A stretch of DNA of 63,615 nucleotides, the filler included, from Licmophora abbreviata (lineage: Eukaryota): NCBI GenBank assembly GCA_900291995.1. It is 11 parts of 11 records of this genome, joined end to end, with 100 filler letters (N's around TTAATTAATTAA, not from the genome) between each part and the next. Parts side by side here need not be neighbours in the genome. Positions count along the whole stretch, not along the records: positions 8,355 to 11,847 come from OLMU01001220.1; positions 11,948 to 21,750 come from OLMU01001221.1; positions 21,851 to 27,864 come from OLMU01001222.1; 8 more parts are not named here. One strand, given 5' to 3'. Numbering within the stretch: position 1 is the first letter of the stretch; every line of letters begins with the position of its first letter. Position numbers and translations under genes: made by a program. The notes beneath the pieces are model-generated. The model worked only from the letters and a program-made list of their open reading frames with translations. It did no database searches and was not told where the DNA came from. Positions 11,408-23,307 of this stretch are shown piece after piece.

Positions 11408-12875
11408 ATGGGGAACGGAATGCTACTTTTGCTCTACATTGCAATTTTCTGCTGCTGCAGTTTTATCAGTACGGCGGATGAACAAACAGTGACGTCGTTC
11501 CAAACCCTCCAGGAGGTGGTGTCCTACCTCCGAGCTGACGATGAGCGGGTTGTGCGGCCCTCTCCCACAGAACTAACAGCCGAGCGACAAGAGACCGAGG
11601 CCTGCGGCAAGCATTTGGAACAGTCCTATCAAGTCCTAGTACAATGGTACCAAACGGACAAGACGGCCAAGCCTGGACCCGACGTACTGGATGCCATCCG
11701 AGTCATCACCCTGTGCACGACAGATCGACCCGATCACCGGGCGAAACTGACAATCAGCAGCCATGGGAGTGCAGTCCCAGAAGCCCTCGTGGCGCTACTT
11801 GAACCAACCTCAAACCCATCCGAGAGTGCACCAGTGGTCGCCGTGGTNNNNNNNNNNNNNNNNNNNNNNNNNNNNNNNNNNNNNNNNNNNNTTAATTAAT
11901 TAANNNNNNNNNNNNNNNNNNNNNNNNNNNNNNNNNNNNNNNNNNNNTGCACCAGTGGTCGCCGTGGTGGCCGAATGCATTTGGATCTCGTCGTTTGCAT
12001 CGCGAGTCAACCACGAGGCGCTCGGGCGACCAGGCACCGTCCATGCACTCACGGAGATCATAACCGACTGGAATTGCACAAATGTGAGCAGGGACACGAA
12101 GAATGAATGCTTTCTGGCTCAAATGTGGTCGGCAGCGGCCTTGCAGAACCTCGGTGCCGCGTATTGCGTCACCGACGATGGTCGATGCGACTGGGAATGG
12201 AAACAAGGCGATGATTTTGACGAAGAAGAAGAAGAAGTGGAGTGGGAAGATGGCAGGGCCATGATTGGTCTCAAGGGTGATGGATTAGCGACTCACGATC
12301 CGAAACATATTCGTCTCCAGCTCATGCGCAACGCCAAGCTGCTGGAGACCCTGGAAGATATTATTTGCGACCTTGCGGAGAACATGCTGGGATCTCTGAC
12401 ACGAGTAGGAACATGGCCGTCTCGAGCCACTCTGAGTGACGACGAGTATGATTCTTTCATCATTCCCTGGGCAGCGATTGGGTTGGTGAAAACCCTAGCC
12501 TTGTCACCAGGTTTCTTCGAACGCCTGTCGAAAGACATGGTTTGGTGTCTTTGTGAGTTCTCCACTATCAGCCCTGATTGGTTAGAAGCCGAAAAGGCGA
12601 GCGACACTATCTATCGATTGGGAATGAATAAAGAAGATGTATGCACTCCTCCGTATGATCCTGAAGAATGCGTGGATTTTGCAGGGTGGAAGGATGGGAA
12701 TGGAGGCACATGCAAACAGTACGAGGAAGAACGTTGGTGTACCGATTTTGGGAATGAAATGGGCACTACCGATAAAGGAGAGGAACTTCCGGCGAAAGAA
12801 GCCTGTTGCATTTGCGATGGGGGGCACGATGTGGGCGACGACGACGACGACGACGGATTCGAGGACGAGTTCTGA
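11408..12875 (+). CDS. Secretory-pathway protein: signal peptide, ARM-like helical region, C-terminal Cys-rich module (paralog 1); spans a gap
   Basis: Hydrophobic N-terminus. A 21-nt overlap (tgcaccagtggtcgccgtggt) on both sides of the gap makes the ORF continuous. Motifs QMWSAAALQNL and C..GW.D..G..C...WC...EACCICDGG. Ends in EDEF. Confidence 0.75.
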
Positions 12876-13287
12876 TTTTTGCAGACGGCTACCGGTACAA
12901 ACACACGACGCAAGCCAAGATGAGCTGAGAAGCACTGATTGGGCTTCACTCATGTGGACGTGTCGGAAGAAGTGTTCTTATCTACCATAATTTCTACCGG
13001 CGTAGACTGTTTACTGTCATTCCAAAAGCGATGTTATGGTAAACCTGTTTTCGTCCTATTTTAGGCGTGTAAAAGGAGATAGACTTTGAAACGTGACACG
13101 TAATTGCAGTCACGCGGGACTTGATCCGTGACTCCTCAACGATGTGAAAAGCCCCGATTCACGCTTCTCACACAAAAGTTGAAAGTCCCTGTTCCCGGTT
13201 CGACTTTGGCGACAGGGCGGCCAAGAGGCAGTATCTTCACCACCATCGCCTCTCCCACCATTCGCAGGCTTTAGAACTCACCTGAAA

Positions 13288-14652
13288 ATGTTTCTGATAA
13301 GGAGGAAAGCTCAAACGCGCTTTCTTCTTTGGACACTCTTTACCTATTTCGGAACTTCTGCAGCAACAACAACTTCCCGCAATGACCTGGGTCCTGCCGC
13401 GACACTTCTCGATGCAGTGGAGTACCTGCTTGCAGGCGACCAACGTCTCGTAAGACGAACCGTGCATGAACTCACGACGGAGCGACAAGACACAGAGGCC
13501 TGTGGAAAGCATCTGAATCAAGCCTATCAAGTAATCCTCGACAACACCAAGGATGAGGTCGACAGCAATAACAACCTTCCGTCCTTCAACAAGAGTACCT
13601 CAAACGAAGTCTTGGATGCCATCCATGTCATTACAATATGTACGACCGATCGATCCGATCACCGAGAAAAGTTTCTGACACACAAGGAGCTGCCGCATGC
13701 TCTCATTGCCCTACTAAAATCACCGGTATACGCAGCTGCCTCGGCCGAGTGCCTCTGGATTTCTGCTTACAACTCACGACCCAACAGCGAAGCACTCGTG
13801 CGAGCGGGAGCCATTGACGCGCTCGTAGTCGTCTTTGTGGGAGCGGACTGCAGCCAAGCAAGTGTGAAAGAGAAGGATCAGTGTCTGCTTGCACAAATGT
13901 GGGCGGCAGCTGCACTGCAGAACCTCAGCGCAGCCTACTGCGTCACGAAAAATGGCTATTGCGAATGGAGCTGGAAGACAAAGGAGTGGTTCCCCAAGCC
14001 CGATGAGGTCGAGGACGAAGATCTTTATGACGACAACGGGAATCACGTTTTGGGTATGCAGTATCAGTTTCAAGTCAAGTATGATCCAAAACCTGTACGA
14101 TTGCGGCTCATGCGTAACGTCAAACTGCTGAATGCTCTAGAAAAGATCATTTGCGACAATGAGAAGGAACTGGATAAGCCGCCACGGGAACGAACTTGGC
14201 CAGTGCGAGCTTTAACCACTGATACTGGCCTGACACCTTCGGTTGTCACATGGGCGGCCATGGGACTGGTCCGGGCACTGGCTCTATCTCCGGGACTCTA
14301 TGATCGCTTATCGGATGATATGCTGGACTGCCTGTGCGCTCACGCGGTGCGAAGTCCAGATTATTTGGAGTTTGTCAAGTCTGGAGGTGCCATTTATCGT
14401 CTAGGCATGGAAAAGTCGTTCGACTGTGAGCCTCTCTATGTAGCAGCGACCTGCCAGAACTATGGCGGCTGGGTGGACGTGGAGGGTTATGACTGCGCAA
14501 GAATGGAAGAAGAAATGTGGTGTGTCGAGTACGGTGACTCGAGAGACGAGGATGGGATCTCGGCAAGAGAAGCGTGTTGCGCCTGTGGGGGCGGAAATGA
14601 AATTTGCCTTCCTGACGAAGATCCAGACTTTGATGATTTTGAGGAACTATGA
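13288..14652 (+). CDS. Secretory-pathway ARM-like/Cys-module protein (paralog 2)
   Basis: Intronless 454-aa ORF colinear with paralog 1 (ERQDTEACGKHL, ITICTTDRSDHR, QMWAAAALQNL, EACCACGGG). Ends in FEEL. Confidence 0.8.
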   Translation: MFLIRRKAQTRFLLWTLFTYFGTSAATTTSRNDLGPAATLLDAVEYLLAGDQRLVRRTVHELTTERQDTEACGKHLNQAYQVILDNTKDEVDSNNNLPSFNKSTSNEVLDAIHVITICTTDRSDHREKFLTHKELPHALIALLKSPVYAAASAECLWISAYNSRPNSEALVRAGAIDALVVVFVGADCSQASVKEKDQCLLAQMWAAAALQNLSAAYCVTKNGYCEWSWKTKEWFPKPDEVEDEDLYDDNGNHVLGMQYQFQVKYDPKPVRLRLMRNVKLLNALEKIICDNEKELDKPPRERTWPVRALTTDTGLTPSVVTWAAMGLVRALALSPGLYDRLSDDMLDCLCAHAVRSPDYLEFVKSGGAIYRLGMEKSFDCEPLYVAATCQNYGGWVDVEGYDCARMEEEMWCVEYGDSRDEDGISAREACCACGGGNEICLPDEDPDFDDFEEL

Positions 14653-14953
14653 ACACACACGATGGCATTAACCGGTTTATGCAACTGTGTCTAGTTTTTT
14701 CATGTAGCTTTCGCAGTGTTTGGGGGCTATCGATGATGATCTGCCTCCACGACGAGAAACCGCCATCATCCTCAATCGGGTTTGAGGTTATGAGTCTGAT
14801 TCTTTTTGCGTGTCTCCTGGCCGCACGTCACGTTTCAAAACCGGAGCAACGATTGCATTCATTTCACCTGCCACATTTGACGACAGGGAGATCCACAGGA
14901 GCCTCTGCCTCGACTTACCATCCTCTTGATTCTGTTTTAATTCAAGTTCTAAC

Positions 14954-15913
14954 ATGTCGAAAACGCGCTGGGGAGATGATTTCGACGATTCGGACGAAGA
15001 CGAGGCCACTCTGACGAAAACGAGCGAAGGTGGTCTCGTGATTCCTCCACCCTCCAAAACCAAGGTCGACTCCAAAGGCATCCAGATGGTTACTAGCTAC
15101 CGCTCCCACCCCTCCAAGCCCAATCAATTGACGAAGACTGTTCAAAAAGTCAAAGTAGCGTACGTGACTGTCAAAGAGCACAAGGATGTCGAGAAGCGTC
15201 GCAAGTGGAAGAAGTTCGGACAAGCAGCGTTGGACGAGGATACTTCCAATGTCACAATTGTAAGCCGGGATGAAATTATCATGGACGACCCGAATGCGGA
15301 TACTGACTTGCAGGATGAAGACCCGAGTAAGGCACTGGCTGGAAACTTGAATGCCTTTTGGGCTAAGCAACAGCGGCGTCAGCTGGAACGCAAGTATGAT
15401 GTCGATGCGCCAGAAGGTGGAGAAGGAGGAGGCGATGGTGGAGGATGGACACAAGTCGGAGGAGCGGGGGATGCCCGGGCAGCTTCTGGCAAGTATGTTC
15501 CTCCCTCGGCAAGGGGTGGTGCCGCCGGCAACGCCATGCCAGAACGCCGCCAAGACGACTTGAACACCATTCGAGTCACCAATATTTCGGAAAACACGAC
15601 CGAAGCCGATTTGCAGGACCTGTTTCAGCCATTTGGACGTATTTCGCGTGTCTACCTGGCAAAGGACAAAGAAACCATGGTGTCTCGAGGTTTCGCCTTT
15701 GTCAGTTTCGTTCATCGCGAGGATGCGGCGCGGGCTATGGAAAAGCTGCAGGGCTTTGGATACGACCATTTGATCCTCAAACTGGAATGGGCGCGGCCGA
15801 GTGCGCCGAAGGATCCAGCTTCTTCAGGGACGGAGTTCCGCAGTGGATACGGTAAGGCGTTGGCACAGGACACCAAAGAGAAGGTTGCGTTTGCTTCGAA
15901 TCTAACAAGGTAG
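14954..15913 (+). CDS. EIF3G: Eukaryotic translation initiation factor 3 subunit G
   Basis: N-terminal WGDD, RRKWKKFG and KYVPPS, plus a C-terminal RRM (TIRVTNISE...SRGFAFVSF...GFGYDHLILKLEWA). Confidence 0.95.
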   Translation: MSKTRWGDDFDDSDEDEATLTKTSEGGLVIPPPSKTKVDSKGIQMVTSYRSHPSKPNQLTKTVQKVKVAYVTVKEHKDVEKRRKWKKFGQAALDEDTSNVTIVSRDEIIMDDPNADTDLQDEDPSKALAGNLNAFWAKQQRRQLERKYDVDAPEGGEGGGDGGGWTQVGGAGDARAASGKYVPPSARGGAAGNAMPERRQDDLNTIRVTNISENTTEADLQDLFQPFGRISRVYLAKDKETMVSRGFAFVSFVHREDAARAMEKLQGFGYDHLILKLEWARPSAPKDPASSGTEFRSGYGKALAQDTKEKVAFASNLTR

Positions 15914-16045
15914 AAGTTTCGTGGAGCTTGGATAAGGAGTCGACCGGTCGTCTCTAGCGACAACTTCCTGCTGGTGCTACACTAAGGCATAGGCGTACAT
16001 CTATCGATCTGGACTGTAGCGACACCCGGTACCTGGGATTAGCAG

Positions 16046-19000
16046 TTAGTATTCAAGATTGTAGCCCATTCGTGCATTGTTGTTCGCATCTTGTTCCTTC
16101 TTGCTCTTCTTCAAGAATTCTCGTTTTTCGCGTAGCTCTGCTGCGACTTTGGCATTCTCCTTGTCCTTTTCTTGCTTCTCGTACACAACCTTGGCGGATG
16201 GTAGTAGCACCTTGAGGAGGGCGTCGACTCGTTGGCCTTCAGGAATGGCGTGAAAGTTGGGCACGACAAAGCGGGGATATTGTTCGATATCAATGTCATC
16301 GAGATTCTTGACATTGAGAGATGATGAAATCTCCTTCATGGCTTCGACTTCTTCTTGGTCCAATGCGTCCCACTCTTCGATGTCGTCCTCGTATCTCTCA
16401 TCCTCCAAGAGCTCCTTCAGATCAAGCTTCTTTCCGCCTATATACTCTTCGTCTTCCCCACTCATAGAGAATCGAGGCGGAAAACACACATTGAGCCCCT
16501 TTGTCGGGACGCCGCGGGGTAGAGAGGGGTAGATCATGGCACAATGTCGAGGTCTCAGTCCTGGAGATCGAAGCACACAGTTGAGAGACCCCTCTTCGCT
16601 GCCTTCAACAAGACCGACCAGGTCGATGCCCAACCGACGTGTGCATGCGTGCAGGTGCATCGTCTTTAGCTTTGTCTGAGCACAGGGATAGAGCGAGAGA
16701 GTGAGTGTCGCGTGTCTTCCACGAAGGACTCATGATCAGATGAATTCTTTTGCGTACCTGTAGCGCGGCCGGAAGTGGACCGTACGTCTCTTTCCAAGAA
16801 TTTGTCAGTTCCACAAGCTTGGCTGTGCTCTCGGCGAGACGCGCAGAAGTCTCTTGCTTCCGACGCTCTTCGTCATCCGCGAGAAAAGACTTTGGTATTT
16901 GAAAGGCGTGGCTGACCCCACTCGGTCCTGAAACTTCAATGCTACCTTCGCCATCGGGGAGCAGAATGTTCGTCCGAGGGACAACAGGCAAGTCAAGCCC
17001 TCGCAGTTGCCGTATTGATTTCTTCAACATGCGCATGTACAGGTCGAATCCGACCTTGGCGGCCATACCACTCTGTTCCGTTCCAAGCAAGCTACCAGCG
17101 CCACGTATCTCCAGGTCTCGATTTGCGACGTCGAATCCAGAGCCCAGTTCATTCAACTCTCCGATAGCCTGCAGCCTCATTGCGGCTTGCTCTGTAACAG
17201 CTTCTTCGCGGTGCAGAAAGTATGCATACGCCTGCTTATCGGAACGACCGACACGTCCACGAAGCTGGTAGAGAGTAGCCATTCCAAAGGCTTGTGAATT
17301 CTGAATAACAATGGTATTCACAGATGGAATGTCGACACCATTCTCAATCACCGTGGTCGCCAGCAGTATTTCATGTTTGCCTTCGGCAAACTCCGCGACG
17401 TTCTCCTCTGCTCCATTGCGACTCATACGTCCGTGTGCTTGGATGATCCCGATTCCTGGGAAAAGTCTCTTGATCACTCCCGCAGCCTCTTCCAGCATTG
17501 ATATTCGAGGCACTACATAGTAGCACTGCCCACCCCGTGCGAGCTCCCTGGAAATGGCCTCATACACTATATCCTCTTGATAGTCTTGCACGTACGTTAC
17601 CGTCGCCTTTCGCATTGGAGGCGGCGAACGGATCGTAGACGTGTCTCGAATGCCGCTCAAGGACATTTGCAATGTTCGAGGAATAGGGGTAGCCGAAAGG
17701 GTCAAAACGTCAACACCATCACAGATGAGTTTGAGGCGTTCCTTCTGTTTGACTCCAAACCGTTGTTCTTCGTCTACAACCAATATGCCCAGATTTTTGA
17801 AGCCCATGTCATTTGACAACAAGGCGTGAGTCCCCACAATCAGATTGGTTTCTCCTGTTTGTATCAGCTGTCGCATTTCTCGACCAATCTTGGTATTCTT
17901 CCCCATACCTCCTCGAAGAAGAGTCACATTGAAATTAAACTCTGTTCCAGGCCCCATGCGCTTCAAGACGTTCTTGTAATGCTGTGCCGCCAGGACACCG
18001 GTAGGCGCCAGCAACGCTCCTTGACGTCCATTGGCGACACAGCGAAAGAGTGCACGCAGGGCTACCTCTGTCTTTCCATAGCCAACGTCACCACACACCA
18101 ATCGATCCATCGGACGACTCCGCCACACCATATCATTCTCAACATCTTCAAAACACGTGTGTTGATCCGCCGTTGGCGTAAACGGAAAGGTTTCTTCAAA
18201 TTTCTGGACTAAAGTTTCCATGGTCGGATCAAAGGGCGGGCGCTGCAGCGTTTCTCGGGTCGCATACAAGGCCAACACATCTTGTGCCATCTGCAGCGTA
18301 TTCTCTTCCACTCTATTCTTCGCCTTGGCCCACGCTTCGCCCTTGACTTTGGACAGGCGCGGTTTGATGACGGCATCTCCAGCACGGTACCGACTCAGCC
18401 GGTACGCCCTATCCACTGGTACATGCACCACAGCATCCCCATATACAATTTCCAAAACTGTACTTTGAGGATTCGAAATGGGGTCCTTGTCCTCTTCCGT
18501 TCCAAACTTGGACCGAATCGATTGGATTTCGTCAGGCGTAAGTCCTTGTTTGGACCTCTTGCGCAGTTCTGTCGTCAATATTTCCTTGCGTCGTTGAGCT
18601 TGGGCTTGCTTCTCGGTGTCCGTCAATTTGGACTTTGGTCGCAAGCAGGTTCGTTCAAACCGTCCAATACCATACTTGCGGTGTACTACAAAGTCCCCAG
18701 GAAAGACTTCCAGTGTCCATCCCCCGGCACTCCCCACACGGACTCCCTGCATCGCATCTCGCGACTTCATTTCGCCATTGACAAGCTGCGTCTCCGTCCC
18801 ATCTGGACCACCCAGTTCCTGCCACTCCTGTTGAAGATCATCATCTATCTCCTGAAAGGCGGCCTTCCCACTCCCCGCCGTAATTTGAATATTCCCATTG
18901 TCATCGTACATGGAAGCGGACGCCGGCTCTTCACGGGGTCCCAACAATTCCAACGTGACCCCGGTTGATTCTGCCAGTTGTGCCTTGCGCCTATTGTCTT

Positions 19001-19457
19001 GTGCAATCTCTTCTCGTTCCATCTGTTCCAGTCGTTCAATATCCTCCTTGGAGGTTGCATTCGCATACTGACCCCACTTTTTCAATTTACGTTCCTGCTT
19101 GAACTCTTCGTCCTGTTGTTCGAGGATCGATTGAATAGTCTTGCTGCGTAATCTCTGTTCCCGTGCAAAGGGATCTTCCACTTCTTCTTCATCGGCCGTG
19201 TCAACTTCACTTCCAAAGACGACATTCAAGTCGGAACGGAGGGGATGGGGAGTTCCATTGGAGGAGGAGGATGAATTGGACGCCGCATACAGTGGCGAGT
19301 ACGATGAGAATGAAGTACTTCTACTGACAGATCGAGGAATGGGAAGCAACGAAGAAGGAGCGAATGCATCCAAGAAGTCTATTCTTTGTAGTATTGATGG
19401 AATAATCAGCATCCACATGCTTCGTTGATGATGAGCCATCATGGTGATGGTTGCCAA
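16046..19457 (-). CDS. mfd: Plastid-targeted transcription-repair coupling factor (Mfd/TRCF-like SF2 translocase); intron 16676-16757
   Basis: Signal peptide plus DAFAP motif. CarD/RID-like GDFVVHRKYGIGRF. Helicase motifs GDVGYGKT, DEEQRFG, SATPIPRT, QLRGRVGR and TRG motif RDLEIRGAGSLLG. A GT-AG intron joins ALQ to TKLKTMHLH. Confidence 0.9.
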
Positions 19458-19749
19458 TTTTTAATTTTTGTGAATTTTGTTCTGTGTTGCGCGCATCATG
19501 GTTCGTTGGCCTTGCGCATCACAATGGGTTATGGGTCTCAAACTCCAGTACTGCGAGCTCGTCTGATAGAGCTCGTGAAGTCTAGAATGTTTCACCCAGC
19601 CACGTCATCATACAAAATCAACGAAAAAGAAAAAGGACGCATCATTGCAATCGAAACATCCACCATGGCAACATAGCAATTCGGTTCTCGATCAGGACGA
19701 TGATGACGACCCGACACCTTCACCGTCATTAGCAACAACACAAGTCAAA

Positions 19750-21159
19750 ATGAAGAGGCGAAGCGTACTATTTCTGACAATGACTTTTTGTTCTTCTTCT
19801 TTGCATGCCTTTGCACCGAGGATACTCCAAACAACAACAAGCACAAGAATTTCAAATGACTCATTGAAGGATGTCAAAGTCCAGAAGGAGACGAGACGAT
19901 TGGTCATTAGACAATCCAATGCGATCGAAGAAACAACCCTCTCACATTCCACAGAGGCGGGTCGCATCGCCAGCTCCTTTGCACCCCGCACCTTTGACCC
20001 ACTCCTTTCGAATCGCCACGTCCAGACCATTCTCAGTTTTGCTACACGACACATTCCCGAATTCCTTTATGTGGATACGACCAAGAGTCGTTTCGAGATT
20101 CTCTTCACACTTCTATCTTCGCTACTCGACAATCTAATAATAAGAACGAATCCACCTCCCGAGCTTGCAAACACGCATGCTGCCTTCTGGCAACACCGAG
20201 AACGCATCGAGACTCCGGATGGGGACTGGTTCCATGTCGATTATGCCTATGCAAAGAATGAGGAGAATGCCAAAAATGCTCTTGTCTTGATCTTGCATGG
20301 CCTGGAATCCTCTTCCGACTCGTCCCTCTCCATTGACATGGCCAAAGCTTATGTGCATCAAAACAACATGAACGTCGCGTGTCTTAACTTTCGGGGCTGT
20401 TCGGGGACTCCAAACGACACTCTGGGAGGCTATCACTTGGGATTTACAGACGATCTATTGCACTATCTACAAATACTCAAGGAACGACATGGTCACAGTA
20501 CTGATATTTTTATTACTGGCTTTTCGCTGGGAGGCAACGTGGTGTTGAAGGCCTTGGGGGATTTGGGCGAGGCGGCGGCCGTGGACTACAACATCCAAGG
20601 TGCCGCAGCGCTGTGTGCGCCACTGGACCCGGCACGAAATGCTCCCTTCTTTTGTCAGAGAGGTTTCAATAAGGCCGTGTACAATGAAAACTTGTTACGG
20701 ACCATGCGGAAGACATGCCAAGATCAATTGGACCGTCACTGCGACGGCAATGTTGATACAAGGCGGTTTGACTATCGACGCGCCATGTCGGCCAAGACGA
20801 TTACCGACTTTGACAATGCCTTTGTGGCACCCATATATGGATACAAGGATGCGGCGGAATACTACGACGACACGTCATCGGCTCGTGTGCTGGAGCAGAT
20901 TGCGGTCCCCACCTTTGTGTTGAATGCTCGAGATGACCCCTTTATGGATCCGTCGTATTTGCCTCTCGAAAAGACACAAGAAGGAGGAGGCAAGGCGCCA
21001 GTCAAGCTGTGTGGGACTCCTCATGGAGGTCACTTGGGATATATTCTGCACAAGGTGGAGGGCACAGAAGAGATGACCGGCACTGGCTTTGCATCAACGG
21101 AAATGGCACGATTCTTGAGACACGTCCAAAATGCACGAGTAGACGCGAACGAGGAATGA
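19750..21159 (+). CDS. Alpha/beta hydrolase, ABHD1/3-YheT family, predicted plastid-targeted
   Basis: NRHVQT, LHGLES, NFRGCSG, nucleophile GFSLGG, DDPF and HGGHLG. N-terminus MKRRSVLFLTMTFCSSSLHAFAP. Confidence 0.88.
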   Translation: MKRRSVLFLTMTFCSSSLHAFAPRILQTTTSTRISNDSLKDVKVQKETRRLVIRQSNAIEETTLSHSTEAGRIASSFAPRTFDPLLSNRHVQTILSFATRHIPEFLYVDTTKSRFEILFTLLSSLLDNLIIRTNPPPELANTHAAFWQHRERIETPDGDWFHVDYAYAKNEENAKNALVLILHGLESSSDSSLSIDMAKAYVHQNNMNVACLNFRGCSGTPNDTLGGYHLGFTDDLLHYLQILKERHGHSTDIFITGFSLGGNVVLKALGDLGEAAAVDYNIQGAAALCAPLDPARNAPFFCQRGFNKAVYNENLLRTMRKTCQDQLDRHCDGNVDTRRFDYRRAMSAKTITDFDNAFVAPIYGYKDAAEYYDDTSSARVLEQIAVPTFVLNARDDPFMDPSYLPLEKTQEGGGKAPVKLCGTPHGGHLGYILHKVEGTEEMTGTGFASTEMARFLRHVQNARVDANEE

Positions 21160-21245
21160 CCCTTACACACAGTCCATGTGATACAAGAGACAAAGACGGT
21201 TGAACAAGGCATGACGCGCATAGATCTTTATAAGATTGTAGCGTG

Positions 21246-22459
21246 TCATGATGTAGAATCTATCATTCGGCACTGCCTCAAATACTCGAACAGAATGACG
21301 CTCCCACAGACGGCCGCATTGAGAGACTCAATCCCAGGCTCCATGGGGACATGAACTGCCTTGATGCTTCCTCGCACCACGGCCTCACGAACGGCCTCGG
21401 TCAACCCTGTCCCTTCACTGCCGATAACGAGCGCCGATGCTTCCTTGATCCAATTTACATTGTAATGTGGTATGGAAAGAGTATCTCCGCTTTTGTCCAT
21501 GGTGGCCGCACATACACTCTTGACTCGATGGTGCTCCAGAAAGTCCTGGGCCTCCTCGAGCGATCCCATGGTCAATATTGGAACTTGAAACGAACACCCC
21601 ATGGCACTGCGCACCGCCTTGGGCAGCCAGGCATCGCAGCAGTCGGGCAGCAGTAGGACTGCCGCAACGCCCGTCGCCACACTGGACCTCAGGAGTGTTC
21701 CAAGATTGCCCGGGTCCGAAACACCATCTAGCACCAGAAAGAGAGGGTAGNNNNNNNNNNNNNNNNNNNNNNNNNNNNNNNNNNNNNNNNNNNNTTAATT
21801 AATTAANNNNNNNNNNNNNNNNNNNNNNNNNNNNNNNNNNNNNNNNNNNNTCTATCGAAAGAATCGTCATGGTTGTCATAGTTTGGAATTCTTACAGTTG
21901 CAACAATCCCCTGCGGCGTCACTGTATCACTGCATGCCTGAAGTACTTCCGGTGTACCTTGATGACACGGTATATCGGGAAAGTCTCGTTGCATGGATTC
22001 ATACCAATTTCGTTTTTCGTGGTCTGTGGATACCAGTACATGTTGTACCAGAGGACGCGTGTTGGGATTCTCCAGCAGATCAAAGACCATACGAGGACCC
22101 TCTACCACGGTTGCTTGAAAGTCCGCTCGTTTCTTGCGTTTTTGTAAGAGCTCTAAGATCCTCTTGACGGTATTGGATTTCGTGGACGTGATGAGATTCA
22201 TCATGGGAGTGTCGTTGTGACTACTGTTGTTGCTGAGTTTGGAATTGCCACGAGACGAAGACATCCCGCGTATCGCAGTGTTTCTGTAAAATGACCAGAG
22301 ACTAGCATGATGATGAAGCGTTCTTCGAGGAGTGATGATTCGGCGTCGTAGCATCATCAGTCGTCCAGAAGAAGGAAAGGCCATTGTCAAAAAATTAGAA
22401 GATATAGAGCAAATTACACTCAGAAACAATGCCACTGCTTCCCAGTTGCTCCTCTTCAT
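21246..22459 (-). CDS. TrmH/SpoU-family RNA 2'-O-methyltransferase (organellar); spans a gap
   Basis: N-half has ITSTKSNTVK, VVEGPRMV and TVTPQGIVA. C-half has SPOUT motifs LDGVSDPGNLGTLLRS, IGSEGTGL and ESLNAAV. N-terminal signal/transit-like sequence. Confidence 0.88.
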
Positions 22460-23307
22460 CTCGCACAAAGAGAAGAGTGGCCACAGCGCCTTCTTTTGTT
22501 CATGTCAATCTGGACGGCAATCGTTGGAACGTCTCTCGTCGACACAAAGCATAATGTGATGGCTGCAAAGCTGTGGTCGTCATCGACCGTTTTTGTTCCT
22601 ATCGCAGCAGCTCTTCCGACGCGTGAGCTCGTTTCGAACGAATGACTCAAAGAGCTCGACATTCAACGTGGCCCGGTTGGTGTTTGACGAAGCGAGACGT
22701 TCCTCTCATCACGATGAGATGTATCAATAAAGCATAGCTCTATATCGGGTAGACTGCTGATCATTATGAAATGCTACATGAAGGAGCCCGATGACAGACG
22801 AACAAAACCAAGCTAGCTAGTATTCTATAGAGAGCTACCAGAACATATCGGAGATCGGAGACAGTTGAAACTCGAGTCTACAGACGGGAGCTCAGCCTTG
22901 TCATTTTTGTCCCATCTCGATCCTTACCAGTTACACGGTTTACAGGAACGACAAAAGTCTGTGCACTTGATCGAACACGTTTGCGAATGAGGTTTTAGAG
23001 TCTCGAATCGGTCGCTCGTGAATGCCGCGATGACGGAAGAGTTGACACGCGCGCACGCCGAGCCTGATTCCACCAGTCATTCTCTCAGAGTATCATGACA
23101 GTCCCTAATTAAATGTGGTCGGTCATTGTCGAGCCGTAGGATGTCCACACGAAAAATTGGAGAAGATATTTACGAAAGGACCAACGCTTTTGCGAGAGGG
23201 GAAGTTGTCTTCTTGTGTGTTTGAAACAGTCCCCTACCTGCTTCTCGTCTTTGAGAGTCACGACGGACACCTCGACGCTCCCTGTGTTGGTGGAATCCAT
23301 CATCGAC

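Noticed and set aside
16046..16660. Separate 204-aa gene
   Set aside because: It is the last exon of the Mfd gene, joined via intron 16676-16757.
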